The notes below the pieces were generated by a model that was not told the DNA's origin, made no database searches, and saw only the letters and a list, made by a program, of their open reading frames with translations. A DNA stretch of 64,000 bases, from the NCBI RefSeq assembly GCF_004010195.1, contig NC_057718.1, positions 37,443,650 through 37,507,649 of the forward strand, in the 5' to 3' direction. Origin of the DNA: Chiloscyllium plagiosum. Lineage: Eukaryota. A program made the translations under genes and the position numbers. Positions 39,368-51,900 of this stretch are shown here, piece after piece. Positions within the stretch are counted from its first letter, which is position 1; every line of letters begins with the position of its first letter.

Positions 39368-41102
39368 AGACATCTTTTAATCCTCTTTAACCATAGGTTA
39401 GGCCCCAGAGGACTGGAGAATAACCAATGTTGTCCCATTGTTTCAGAAGGGTAGCAGGGATAATCCAGGAAATTACAGGCCTGTGAGCCCCACGTCAGTA
39501 GGAGAGAAATTATTGGAAAAGATTCTCAAGGACAAGATCTATACGGATATAGAAGCAAATGGTCTTATTAGCAATTACAGCATGATTTTGTGCAGGGGAG
39601 GTCTTGCTTCACTAACTTAATTAAGTATTTTGAGGAGGTGACAAAGGTGATTGATGAGGGGAAAGTGGTTGATGTTGTTGACATGGACTTCATTAAAGCT
39701 TTTAACAAGATTCCTCATGGCAGACTGGGGCAAAAAGTAAAGTCACATGGTTTCAGAGATGACTGGCAAGATCTGGCTTAGTTATAGGAGATAGAGGGTA
39801 ATGGTGGAAGGATGCTTTTCAGAATGGAGGGTTGTGACTAGTGGTGTTCCACAGGGATCAGTGCTGTGACCTCTGCTATTTGTGGTCTACATAAATGATT
39901 TGGAGGAAAACATAGCCAGTCTAATTATTAAGTTTGCGGATGGTACAAAGATTGGTGGAGTTGTGGATAGTGAGGGGGATTGTCAAAGGATACAACAGGA
40001 TATAGATCAGTTGGAGGCACAGGCAAAAAAATGGCAGATGGTGTTTAATCTGGAAAAATGTGAGGTGATGCATTTTGGAACTTATACAGTGAATGGCAAA
40101 CCCCTTAGGAGTACAGATGTGCAGGGGGATCATGGGTGTGCAGGTCCACAGATCACTGAAGGTGGCAATGCAGGTATTTAAGGTAGTAAAACAAAAGGCC
40201 TGTGGCTGCTTGCCTTCATTAGAAGGGGTATTGAGTATAAGGATAGGCAAGTTATGCTACATCTTTATAGAACTTTAGTTAGGCAACACATGGAATATTG
40301 CATACAGTTCTGGTCACCACACTACCAGGAGGATGTGGATGCTTTGAAGACAGTATAGAAAAGGTTTACCAGGATGTTATCTGGTATGGGAGATTTTCAC
40401 TATAAAGAAAGGAGTTTGTTTTCACTGGAATGCAGGAGATTGAGGGCTGACCTGATAGAAGTTTATAAGATTGGCAATGGCATGGATAGGGTGGAAAGCA
40501 AGAGGCTTTTTCACAGGGTGGAGGGGTCAATTACTAGGAGACACAGGTTTAAGGTGCAGGTGGGGGCAATGTTTAAAAGAGATGTGTGAGGCAACTTTTT
40601 CACATAAATGGTGGTGAGTGCCTGGAATATGCTGCCAGAGGTAGTGGTAGAAGCAGAGACAATAGCAACATTCAAGAAACACCTGGACAAACAATGTGAA
40701 TAATGGAAAGTATTCTGCCTGGAGGTGGGCGGTGAGTGGCATCCCGCAGAGATCTATTCTTGGGCCTCTGCTCTTTGTAGTTTTTAGAAATGACTGGGAT
40801 GAGGAGTTTGGGAGGGGTGGGGAGGTGTTTTAGTAAATTTGCCGGTGACACAAAGGTTGGATGTGTCGCTGATAGTAGCGAGGGCTGTTGCAGGCTGCAG
40901 CGCAGCATAAACAGGATGCAGAGCTGGGCTGAGAAATGGCAGATGGAGTTCAACCTGGATAAATGCAAAGTGATGCATTTTAGAAGGTTGAACTTGAATG
41001 CTGAATATAGGATTAAAGACAGGATTCTTGGCAGTGTGGAGGAACAGTGGAATCTTGATGTTCAAGTGCATAGATCCCTCAAAGTTGCCACCCAAGTGGA
41101 TA

Positions 41103-42210
41103 GGATTCTGGATTAGTGGTGCTGGAAGAGTGCAGCAGTTCAGACAGCATCCGAGGAGCAGTAAAATCGACGTTTCGGGCAAAAGCCCTTCATCAGGAAT
41201 AAAGGCAGAGAGCCTGAAGCGTGGAGAGATAAGCTAGAGGAGGGTGGGGGTGGGGAGAAAGTATCATGGAGTACAATGGGTGAGTGGGGCAGGGGATGAA
41301 GGTGATAAGTCAGGGAGGAGGGTGGAGTGGATAGGTGGAAAAGAAGATAGGCAGGTNNNNNNNNNNNNNNNNNNNNNNNNNNNNNNNNNNNNNNNNNNNN
41401 NNNNNNNNNNNNNNNNNNNNNNNNNNNNNNNNNNNNNNNNNNNNNNNNNNNNNNNNNNNNNNNNNNNNNNNNNNNNNNNNNNNNNNNNNNNNNNNNNNNN
41501 NNNNNNNNNNNNNNNNNNNNNNNNNNNNNNNNNNNNNNNNNNNNNNNNNNNNNNNNNNNNNNNNNNNNNNNNNNNNNNNNNNNNNNNNNNNNNNNNNNNN
41601 NNNNNNNNNNNNNNNNNNNNNNNNNNNNNNNNNNNNNNNNNNNNNNNNNNNNNNNNNNNNNNNNNNNNNNNNNNNNNNNNNNNNNNNNNNNNNNNNNNNN
41701 NNNNNNNNNNNNNNNNNNNNNNNNNNNNNNNNNNNNNNNNNNNNNNNNNNNNNNNNNNNNNNNNNNNNNNNNNNNNNNNNNNNNNNNNNNNNNNNNNNNN
41801 NNNNNNNNNNNNNNNNNNNNNNNNNNNNNNNNNNNNNNNNNNNNNNNNNNNNNNNNNNNNNNNNNNNNNNNNNNNNNNNNNNNNNNNNNNNNNNNNNNNN
41901 NNGAGGTGCGGGATGTGGACGAGATGCGTTGGAGGGCATCTTTAACCATGTGGGAAGGGAAATTATGGTCTCTAAAGAAGGAGGCCATTTGGTGTGTTCT
42001 GTGGTGGAACTGGTCCTCCTGGGAGCAGATACAGCGGAGGCGGAGGAATTGGGAATACAGGATGGCATTTTTGCAAGAGGTAGGGTGTGAAGAGGTGTAA
42101 TCCAGGTAGCTGTGGGAGTCGGTGGGTTTGTAAAAAATGTCAGTGTCAAATCGGTCGTCATTAATGGAGATGGAGAGGTCCAGGAAGGGGAGGGAGGTGT
42201 CAGAGATGGT
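41103..42210 (-). mobile_element. 5'-truncated Penelope-like element with a 546-N gap
   Basis: LPFLDLSIS..YKPTDSHSYLDYTSSHP..SQFLRLRCICS (PLE RT C-terminal region). TSD CCAAGTGGATA at 41092-41102 and 42211-42221. Confidence 0.92.
41169..41196 (-). ncRNA. Minimal hammerhead ribozyme core
   Basis: CUGAUGA A GGGC-UUUU-GCCC GAAA CGUC; perfect stem II. Confidence 0.8.
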
Positions 42211-43009
42211 CCAAGTGGATAAGGTTGTTAAGAAAGCATATAGTGTTTTGGCTTTCATTAACAGGGGGATTGAGTTTAAGAGCCATGAGGTTTTGCTGCA
42301 GGTCTACAAAACCCTGGTGAGCCCCACTTGGAATATTGTGTCCAGCGGAATATTGCCCTATTATAGGAAAGATACAGAGGCTTTGGAGAGGGTGCAAAGA
42401 AGATTTATCAGGATGCTGTCTGGACTGACAGGCTTATTTTACGAAGAGAGGTTGACTAAGCTCAGACTTTTCTCTCTGGAGAGAAGGAGGAAGAGACGTG
42501 ACCTGATTAAGGTCTACAAGGTAATAAGAGGAATGGATAGAGTTGATAGCCAGAGACTTTTCCCCAGGGCAGGATTGACTGGCATGAGGGGTCATAGTTT
42601 TAAGGTGTTAAGAGGAAGCTATAGAGGAGATGTCAGAGGTAGGATCTTTATATAGAGAGTTGTGAATACATGGAATGCTTTGCCAGCGGTGGTGATGGAA
42701 GCAGAGTCATTAGGAACATTCAAGCGACTGCTGGACATGCACATGATAGGTTAGGTTACATGCGTAGGTTAAGTTATTTTATTTTAGATTAGGAACAATC
42801 CTCGGCACAACATCATGGGCTAAAGGGCCTGTTCTGTGATGTACTTTTCTATAAACACATGAATAGGAAGGGAATAGAGGTATAAGGATCCTACAAGTGA
42901 ATACAGTTTTAATATTGAAGAGCAAAATATGTCAACACAAGCTTGGAGGGCCGAAGGCGCTGTTCTTGGGCTGTATTCATCTTTGTTCTTTGTTCTTAAC
43001 AATAATCTA

Positions 43010-43350
43010 ATACAAGAATGAATTCAGTGCTTGGAAAATGTCCACAAGAAGAGTTAGATAAAACTACTTTCTCTCATTGGATTGTTTTAACGGATACAGT
43101 GAATGCATTCCCAGCAGAATTGACGATGCATGGTATAAAGGTTAGATAGAGAGTCATCAACAACAATCTCTACCCTGAACAACATCATACTTCTTGCAAG
43201 AAATGAAGGAGGCTTACAAAAGTTAATCAATGCAGTCATAAACAAAAGTGCAGTCAATTGTAAGAAAATATTCACTCTAATAATGACACAGAGCAAGGAC
43301 ATTCCAGTATCCAATATCACATTAAATGGAAGCAAGTTGGAATATCAGTC
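43010..43350 (+). mobile_element. RTE-clade LINE fossil, right piece
   Basis: LSLDCFNGYSECI, HGIKV..RVINNNLY and IILLARNEGGLQKLINAV continue the RT after the CR1 nest. Confidence 0.6.
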
Positions 43351-43959
43351 AATTCAGCTCTACAGGAAGTACAGTAACAGCTGATGTCAAGAGCTGTACT
43401 GAAATGTGACAAAAGTGACTAATGGCAAAGGAGGCCATGGGACAATATTAAACACTGACTTATCCAGAGCTCTGACAATGAGCTCCACAATCATTGCTTT
43501 GATTGGAAAGTTTAGCCAACAATGATCCTCAGCACAGCATTTAATCAGTGACCACCAAGTCAAATTTCTTTGTTTACTCTATGGGAACACTCTAATCCCT
43601 CTGAATTCCAATATTTAATAGTTTTGTTTCATTCTATTCTTCCTACCAAAGTGAATACCTTCACATTTACCCACATTATGCTCCAACTTCCTGGCTATTC
43701 CCTTAACCTATATATTAGTTTAGGCACCTTGTGTTCTCCTCACAATTTACTTTCCCATCTGGTTTTGTATCATCAACAAAATTGGATTCTTTTCACTTCT
43801 AAAACATTACTATAGATTGTAAAAAACTGAAGCCCTAATGCTGACCCCTGCAGCATTCTAATAGTAACTGCTAAATGTCATTACTTCCCTTTATCCCTAG
43901 GTTTTGTTTTCCATTATTTAGCCAGTTCTCTTTTCATGGTAATATATTACTCCCATGGA

Positions 43960-45890
43960 CAAACTGGACGAAACAGCTGAATTCCAAGGGTGACGTCAGG
44001 CAGCATTTGACTAAGTATGGCATCAAGGAACCCTAGAAAAATTGGTGTAAATGGAAATTAGAGCCAAAACCTCTTGCTAGTTGGAGTCAAACACAAAGGA
44101 AGATGGTCATGCTTGTTGGAAATCAATGATCTCTTTCCAGGACATCACTGGAGGAATTCCTCAGGAAAATACTGTGGAATCCAGAAATCTGGAATAAAAA
44201 CACGAAGGGCAGGGGAAGATGTGAGATGCTGCATTTTGGAAATGCAAATCAGGGCAGGACTTATTCACTTAATTTTAAGGCCTTGGGGAGTGTGACTGAA
44301 CAAAGAGATCTGTGGTGCAGTTTCATTTTTCTTAAAAGTAAAGTCATGGGTAGATAGGACAGTGAAGAAAGCATTTGATATGCTTGCCTTTATTGGTCAG
44401 AGCATCGAGCTCAGGAGTTGGGAGGTCATGTTGCAGCTGTACAGGACACTGATTAGGCCACTTGTGGAATATTGCGTGCAATTCTGGTCTCCCTGCTGTA
44501 GGAGGGTATTATGAAACTTGAAAGGTTCAGAAAAGATTTACAAAGATGTTGCCAGGGTTGGAAGGTTTGACCTACAGGGAGAGGCTGAATAGACTGGGGC
44601 TATTTTCCCTGGAACATCAGAGGCTGAGGGGTGATCTCATAGATCTTTATAAAATCATGAGGGGCATGGATTGGGTAAATAGACAAGGACTTTTCCCCAG
44701 GATGGCAGGGTCCAAAACTAGAGGGCATAGGTTTAAGTTGAGAGGTGAAAGATTTAAAATGGACTTAAGTGGCAACTTTTTCACGCAAAGGATGGTGTGC
44801 ATATGGAATGAGCTGCCAGAGAAAGTGGTAGAGGCTGGTACAATTACAACATTTAAAAGGCATCTGGATGGGTTTATGAATAGGAAGGGTTTAGAAGGAT
44901 ATGGGCCAAATGCTGGCAAATGGGACTAGGTTAGGTTAGGATATCTGGTTGGCATGGACGAGTTGGTTCGAAGCGTCTGTTTCCATGTTATATATCTCTA
45001 TGACTCTATGGAGTCCTAGGCCCAAACATCTTCAGCTGCTTTGTTAATGACTGTCTCTCCATTATATGTTCAACAATGAGATGTTTGTTGATAATTGCAC
45101 AATGTTCTGCATCATTCCTAATTCCTCAATCACTGAAATAGCACCTCTTCATGGACAGCGACCTCAACTACATTCAGATTTGTGCTGATAAAGGAAAGAG
45201 ACATTTGTGCCAGACAATGACTTTCTCCAACAACAGAGAAACTAACTATCTCCTCTTCACATTCAATTACATTAGCATTATTGAATTCCCAGTATCAACA
45301 TGCTGTGGGTTAGCAGTGACCAAAAACTGAACTAGACTAGCCATATAAACACAAGAGCAGATTAGAATCTGGGAATTCTGCTGCAAGTAACTAACTTACT
45401 ATCTCCCCAGTGTTTGCACACCATCTACATGTCACAAATAAGAAATGGAATGAAATGTATCCACTTGCTTAGATTAGTGCTCAATAGCACTCAAGAAACT
45501 AAACATCATGTAGGACATGCAATGTTAGTAGTGTGTACCATCCACAAGGTGAACCACAAAAACTCACCAAGACATCTTCAACAGCATCTTCCAAACCTGG
45601 GGCTTCTATTACCTAGAAAGACAAGGGCAGCTGATGGGAGCACGGTAATATAGTTCCAAATCACACACAATTCTGACTTGGAACCATACCATTATTCCTT
45701 CTCTGTTGCTGGGTCAAAATCCTGGAACTCGCTTCCAAATAATATTGTTGGTGACCTTTCATTAAATGGATTGCATTTCCTTCTATTGCCATTACCATTC
45801 CTTACCCTTACCATTGCCTTCTCAGTGGTAATTAGAATGGGCAATAATTGCTGGTCTAGACAGCGACTCCCATATCCTATGAATGAATAA
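43960..45890 (+). mobile_element. Second CR1/L2-group family copy split by a CR1
   Basis: GIPQ ends at about 44166; VLGPNIFSCFVND resumes at about 45013; 3' end at about 45890. Confidence 0.75.
44218..45010 (+). mobile_element. CR1 3' fragment, nested
   Basis: ORF 44546-44929 MLPGLEGLTYRERLNRLGLFSLE; CTATGACTCTATG tail. Confidence 0.9.
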
Positions 45891-45989
45891 AAGCATGTAC
45901 TCCATGAGGTGTAATCTGATACCTGCTTTTTCTCCTGTCCTCTTAACATTTTCCTTTATTGCTGTGACATTGATAGCCACCTTTTCTTT

Positions 45990-46198
45990 ATTTGGAGATG
46001 CCGGTGTTGGACTAGGATGTACAAAGTTAAAAATCACACAACACCAGGTTATAGTCCAACAGGTTTAATTGGAAGCCCACTAGCTTTCGGAGCAACGCTC
46101 TTTATCACCTGATGAAGGAGCGTCGCTCCGAAAGCCAGTGTGCTTCCAATTAAACCTGTTGGACTATAACCTGGTGTTGTGTGATTTTTAACTTTGTA
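45990..46198. mobile_element. Hairpin PLE-derived insertion, family B
   Basis: 46018-46200 is a near-perfect palindrome. TSD CACCTTTTCTTT at 45978-45989 and 46199-46210. Confidence 0.88.
46106..46140 (+). ncRNA. Minimal hammerhead ribozyme, cleavage triplet mutated
   Basis: CAC CUGAUGA A GGAGC-GUC-GCUCC GAAA GCCA GUG. The opposite arm keeps GAAAGCUA but has a damaged CUGAUGA. Confidence 0.65.
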
Positions 46199-46769
46199 CA
46201 CCTTTTCTTTCATAGAGATAGGTGCAACGTACTAGGTATGTACCTTGGTCAGCTTCTCTGCCTCTTCAAGATGAGTTATTTTTGTCCAGTCTGAATCCTT
46301 TTCAATACATCACATCAGTCACCTATCTTACAATCTTTGCTCCCAATCCACCAACTAGATCCTATTTCAGTTGTTAGATCTCTGTATCCAGTGCATATTT
46401 TCACATGTATTTGTCCTTAACCTTTTCTCTGATTAACCCTAAATCTCGTCTCTGTCATGTTAACTGCAATTACTTTTTCGAAAAAGCAATGGAAGACACA
46501 AGAACTCATGTTTCACAATGTTATCCATGTGTCATTATTGTACAAAAATGCTTCAAACAGTTACTGTAGAAGAAAGGGAAGAAGTTAGATCCAGAGTTAA
46601 AGATTTTACTTTTGTGGGGGATTGATGTGCTGGAATGTTTATCCCGGGGAAAACAAGTAAATACGAAATATTGTGAAATCTAGAAATCTGCCAGAATACC
46701 TGGGGCCCATTCATCCCACCCACTGATAATACATTCAGTTGGAATGTTCATCCAGTGGCTTCTCATATT

Positions 46770-46990
46770 CCAATATGCCTGGTGAAACCATTAAACAATT
46801 TCTGGGACTGGAGCCAGGATGGCTCCACTGCACTGCTCTAACTAACATGCTCCATCAATTTCTGCCAAGCAGCTTCATCTGTCCTGCAGCCCACCCATTG
46901 ACTGTCACAGAGGACTGAAGCATCTGCTGCTTTTGCTGAAGAAGAATATTAATGACATCCTCCATGACTGCTGGCAGACATCTTACAGAT
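46770..46990 (-). pseudogene. Harbinger-type Myb/SANT fragment, copy 3
   Basis: Minus strand: TDEAAWQKLMEHVS*SSAVEPSWLQSQKLFNGFTR (pattern AW..V...VS......R.W.QC.K.FN.L.R). Confidence 0.45.
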
Positions 46991-47699
46991 TTCACTTCTC
47001 TCCCAAAACAATACCACTTCCAATTGTTTAAGATTTTTAGGCTTGCTGGACAAATAGCTCATGGCAAGCTGAATCATGCCTGATGCTAAATGTAAATAGG
47101 CAAAGTGCAAAACACAAATAGTTTCAATCTTACCTCGTTTGGTGCATCAGATCATTAGAACAGAAGCTGGAATGGAGGGGGACAAGCAAAATTCACTCTA
47201 AGAAGGCAGATAAAGTGCATGTTCACTTTTTATCCCAGGTGGATGTGAATACCACTCTCCCTGGTTTGCTTATCTCTCTGTTAACTTGACACGCTCCGCT
47301 GCGCAATACAGAGATGTGATTGTAGATGAATGCAGCCATGCAGGACGGGCTTCCCATGGCTAGCTGACAGGAACCATATTTTCATGGGAATATGATGCCA
47401 TACATTCCCAACATTGGATTGTTTATATTTAGGACTGCAGCCAATGGAGAGAGAACCACACATCTGGCATCAGCCGCACTTCTCTCATGTAAGGAGCTTT
47501 AAACATATTATTGTACGTAGTCTTTGGGCACCCTACCATCATAAACTATTAATATATTTAAGAGTATTCAGAGAGAAGTGATACAGGGATTGGACTACAT
47601 TAGCAGAAAGTTGAACAGGGTATTATGTTCAGTTTCTGCTATTAATTGCACTTTGAAGTTAATTATATAAACCTGGCACCATGCTAAATAGAAATATAT

Positions 47700-48260
47700 T
47701 CATAGCAACAGGAATAGGCCATTCAGCCCATTGCGTCTTCCTTTCCATTCAATGTGAAGATGGCTGATCAATGCCTTTGAACCACCCTGTTCCCATAACC
47801 GGATACACCATTGGTCATCTCCAATTTAAACACTCTCAAAAACTGACGTTTCACAGCCCTCTGTGGTAAAGAATTCCAAAGATTCACAACACTCTGAGTC
47901 AAAAAATTTCTTGTCTCAATTTAAAATAGCATCCTTTTGTTTTTATGAGCGCTTGAAATGTCATAACTATGGTATCTACCCTATGTGTGCTTAAAGTAAT
48001 TTGCGCGTTTCAATGAGATCACCTCTAAGTCTTTGAAACTCGAGAGAATACAGGCCCAGTTTGCACAACTTATTTCCCACCATTCTGTGAGCAAATCTGG
48101 TGAATCTGCATTGTGCTCTCTCTTTGACAATATTATCTTTCCTGAGGTAAAGGGACCAAAACTACACACACTACTCCATGTTCAGTCTAACCAAGCTTTT
48201 AGACAACTGAAGCAAGATTTCACTACTTTTCCAAGCAATTTGCTTTCACTTAATGAATCT
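47700..48260 (-). mobile_element. Old CR1 3' fragment
   Basis: Antisense 3'UTR and C-terminus related to 24624-25250. Confidence 0.7.
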
Positions 48261-48317
48261 GAAAATATACTTGGCTGAACAATACCATCAGCCAGGTCGA
48301 AGTCAAAAAAGGACCTC

Positions 48318-48631
48318 CATAGAATCCCTACAGTGTGGAAGCAAGCCATTCGACCCATATGTCCGCATTGACCCTCCGAAGAACATTCCACCCAGACCTA
48401 CCTCCTACCTCTGCATTCCACATGGTTAACCCATCTAGCCTGCAAATCTCTGGAAACTATGGTTAATTTAGCATGGCCAATCCACCTAACCTGCACATCT
48501 TTGGACTATGGGAGGAAACCAGAGAACCCTGGCAGAAACCCATGCAGACATGGGGAGAATGTGTAAACTCCACACATACAATTGCCCGGGAGTGTTCGCT
48601 GGAGCTGTGCTAACCACTGAGCCACCATGCC
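48318..48631 (-). mobile_element. HE1-type V-SINE with the B-box region deleted
   Basis: Colinear with 13473-13823; A box retained. Confidence 0.88.
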
Positions 48632-48994
48632 ATCTAATTGTAGTAAGATGCAAATGCTAAAGCAGCCAGGACTTTACACTTACTGGGTAGAATCTAATCC
48701 CTCGCTGGGATCAGTCTGAGAGGTGAGTGTGGGACTGAATGATTGGATAGAGAGGTGGAGGAAGATAAAAGTGAATGATAGGTTCATTGAGTTGTAATAT
48801 TGGTAGGAAAAATGTGCATTTTCAATTTTGTGTACACACTTGTCAAAATAAATACATTAATTGCTTTTTGGCCTAAATACTTCTTTTACAGATAGCGTGA
48901 CTTTTTATAATTCCTGGAGTTGGAAATTTATAATAACTGTTGCAACCATGTGGTGAAGGGGAATTGGTTTCCCACTTTTTAACCCCCTTCTGGT

Positions 48995-51900
48995 TATAGA
49001 GTCATAGAGTCAGAGAGATGTACAGCATGGAAACAGATCCTTTGGTCCAACCCGTCCAGGCAGACCAGATATCTCAACCCAATCAAATCCCACATGCCAG
49101 GAAACAGCCCATATCCCTCCAAACCATTCCTACTAATATACTCATCTAGATACCTTCTAAATGTAGCAATTGTACCAGCCTCCACAACTTCCTCTGGCAG
49201 CCTATTCCACACACGCACCACTCTCTGCATGAAAAGGTTGCTCCTTAGGTCTCTTTTATATCTTTCCCCTCTCACCATAAACCTATGCCCTCTAGTTCTG
49301 GACTCCTCCACCCCAGGGAAAAGACCTTGTCTATTTACCATATCCACATCCCTCATGATTTTATTAACCTCTATAAGGTCATCCCTCAGCCTCCGACGCA
49401 CCAGGGAAAAAAGCCTTAGCATTTTCAACCTCTCCCTATATCTCAAATCCTCCAAACCTGGCAACATTCTTGTGAATCTTTTCTGAACCATTTCAAGTTT
49501 CACAACATCCTTCCAATAGGAAGGAGACCAGAATTGCACACAATATTCCAAAAGTGACCTAACCAAATCCTGTACAGCTGCAACATGACCTCCCAACTCC
49601 TGTACTCAATACTCTGAACAATAAAGGAAAACATACCAAATGCATTCTTCACTATCCTATCTACCCATGACTCTACTTTCAAGGAGCTATGAACTTGCAC
49701 TCCAAGGTCTCTTTGTTCAGCAACACTCCCGAGGACCTGACCATTAAGTGTATAAGTCCTGCTAAGATTTGCTTTCACAAAATACAGCACCTCGCATTTA
49801 TCTAAATTAAACTCCATCTGCCACTTCTCAGCCCATTCGCTCATCTGATCAAGATCCCATTGTAATCTGAGGGAACCTTCTTCGTTGTCCACTACACCTC
49901 CAGTTTTGGTGTCATCTGCAAACTTACTGACTATACCTCTTACGCTCAAATCCAAATCATTTATGTAAATGATGAAAAGTAGTGGACCCAGCACCAATCT
50001 TTGTGACACTCCACTGGACACAGGCGTCCAATCTGAAAACCAACCCTCCACCACCACTCTCTGTCTTCTACCTTAGATCCAGTTCTGTATTCAAATGGCT
50101 TGTTCTCCTTGTATTTCATGAGATCTAACCTTGCTAACGAGTGTCCCTTGGGGAACCTTGTTGAATGCCTTACTGAAGTCCATATAGATCACATCTAAGC
50201 TCTGCCCTCATCAATCCTCTTTGTTACTTTTTTTAAAAACTCAATCGAGTTTGTGAGACATGAGTTCCCGCGCACAAAGCCATGTTGACTATCCCTAATC
50301 AGTCCTTGCCTTTCCAAATATCTGTAAATCCTGTCCCTCAGGATTCACTCCAACAACCTGCCCACCACTGATGTCAGGCTCACTGGTCTATAGTTCCCTG
50401 GCTTGCCCTTACCACCTTTCATAAATAGTGGCACCATGTTTGCCAACCTCCAGTCTTCCGGCACTTCACCTGTGACTACCGATGATACAAATGTCTCAGC
50501 AAGAGGCCCAACAATCACTTCCCTAGCTTCCCACAGAGTTCTGGGATATACCTGATCAGCTCCTGGGGATTGATCTACTTTTATGCATTTCAAGACGTGC
50601 AACACTTCCTTCTCTGTAATATGGACATTTTCAGGATGTCACCATCTATTTCCTCACATTCTATATCTTCCATGTCCTTTTCCACAGTAAATACTGATGT
50701 AAAATAATCGTTTATTATCTCCCTCATCTCCTGCGGCTCCACTCAGGCCACTTTGCTGATCTTTGAGGGGCCCGATTCTCTCCCTAGTTACTCTTTTGTC
50801 CTTAATGTACTTGTAAAAACCCTTTTGGATTCTTCTTAATTCTATTTCCAAAGCTATCTCATGTCCCCTTTTTGCCCTCCTGATTTCCTTCTTAAGTATA
50901 CTCGTACTGCCTTTATACTCTTCTAAGGATTCACTCGATCTATCCTGTACATACCTTACATATGCTTCCTTCTTTTTCTTAACCAAACCTTCAATTTCTT
51001 TAGTCATTCAGCATTCCCTACACCTACCAGCCTTTCCTTCCATCCTAATAGGAATATATTGTCTCTGCACTCTCGTTATCTCATTTCTGAAGGCTTCCCA
51101 TTTTCCAGCCGTCCCTTTACCTGCGAACATCTGCCCCCAATACCATCAAAATTGGCCTTTCTCCAGTTTAGAACTTCAACTTTTAGAACTGGTCTATCCT
51201 TTTCCATCACTATTTTAAAACTAATAGAATTATGGTCACTGGCCCCAAAGTGCTCCCCCACTACACCTCAGTCACCTGCCCTGCCTTATTTCCCAAGAGT
51301 AGGTCAAGTTTTGCACCTTCTCTCGTCGGTACATCCACATAACAAATTCCTCTCCATCTAAAACCTTAACACTATGGCAGTCCCAGTCTATGTTTGAAAA
51401 GTTAAAATCCCCTATCATAGCCACTCTATTATTCTTGCAGATAACTAAACTCTCCTTACAAATCTGTTTCTTAAATTTCCCACTGACCATTATGGGGGTC
51501 TATAATACAATCCCAGTAAGGTGATCATCCCTTTATTATTTCTCAGTTCCACACAAATAACTTCCCTGGATGTATTTCAGGAATATCCTCCCTCAGCACA
51601 GCTGTAATGCTGTCCCGAAACAAAACCCCACTCTCCCTCATCTCTTGCCTCTCTTTCTGTCCTTCCTGTAGCATTTATATCCTGGAACATTAAGCTGCCA
51701 GTCCTGCCCATCCCTGAGCCATGAATCTGTAATTGCTATGATATCCCAGTCCCATGTTCATAACCATGTCCTGAGTTCATTGGCCTTCCTTGTTAGGCCT
51801 CTTTGCATTGAAATAAATGCAGTATAATTTATCAATCCTGCCTTGTTCTCTGCTGTGTCCCTCCCTGCCCTGACTGTTTGGCTCACTTCCTTTCTCATTT

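Larger units (their letters stand above)
40702..42851 (+). mobile_element. CR1 copy B, inserted in the 3' end of copy A
   Basis: SKFAGDTKV..MEFNLDKC; ORF 42137-42655 carries the C-terminus. Imperfect TSD AAACAATGTGAATA / AAACACATGAATA. Confidence 0.85.
38836..42997 (+). mobile_element. CR1 copy A (38836-40701 plus 42852-42997), host of nested insertions
   Basis: KSPGPDGFYPR, PGNYRPVSPT, KFADGTK. The 3'UTR resumes at 42852 and ends in (TTTGTTC)n. Confidence 0.88.
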
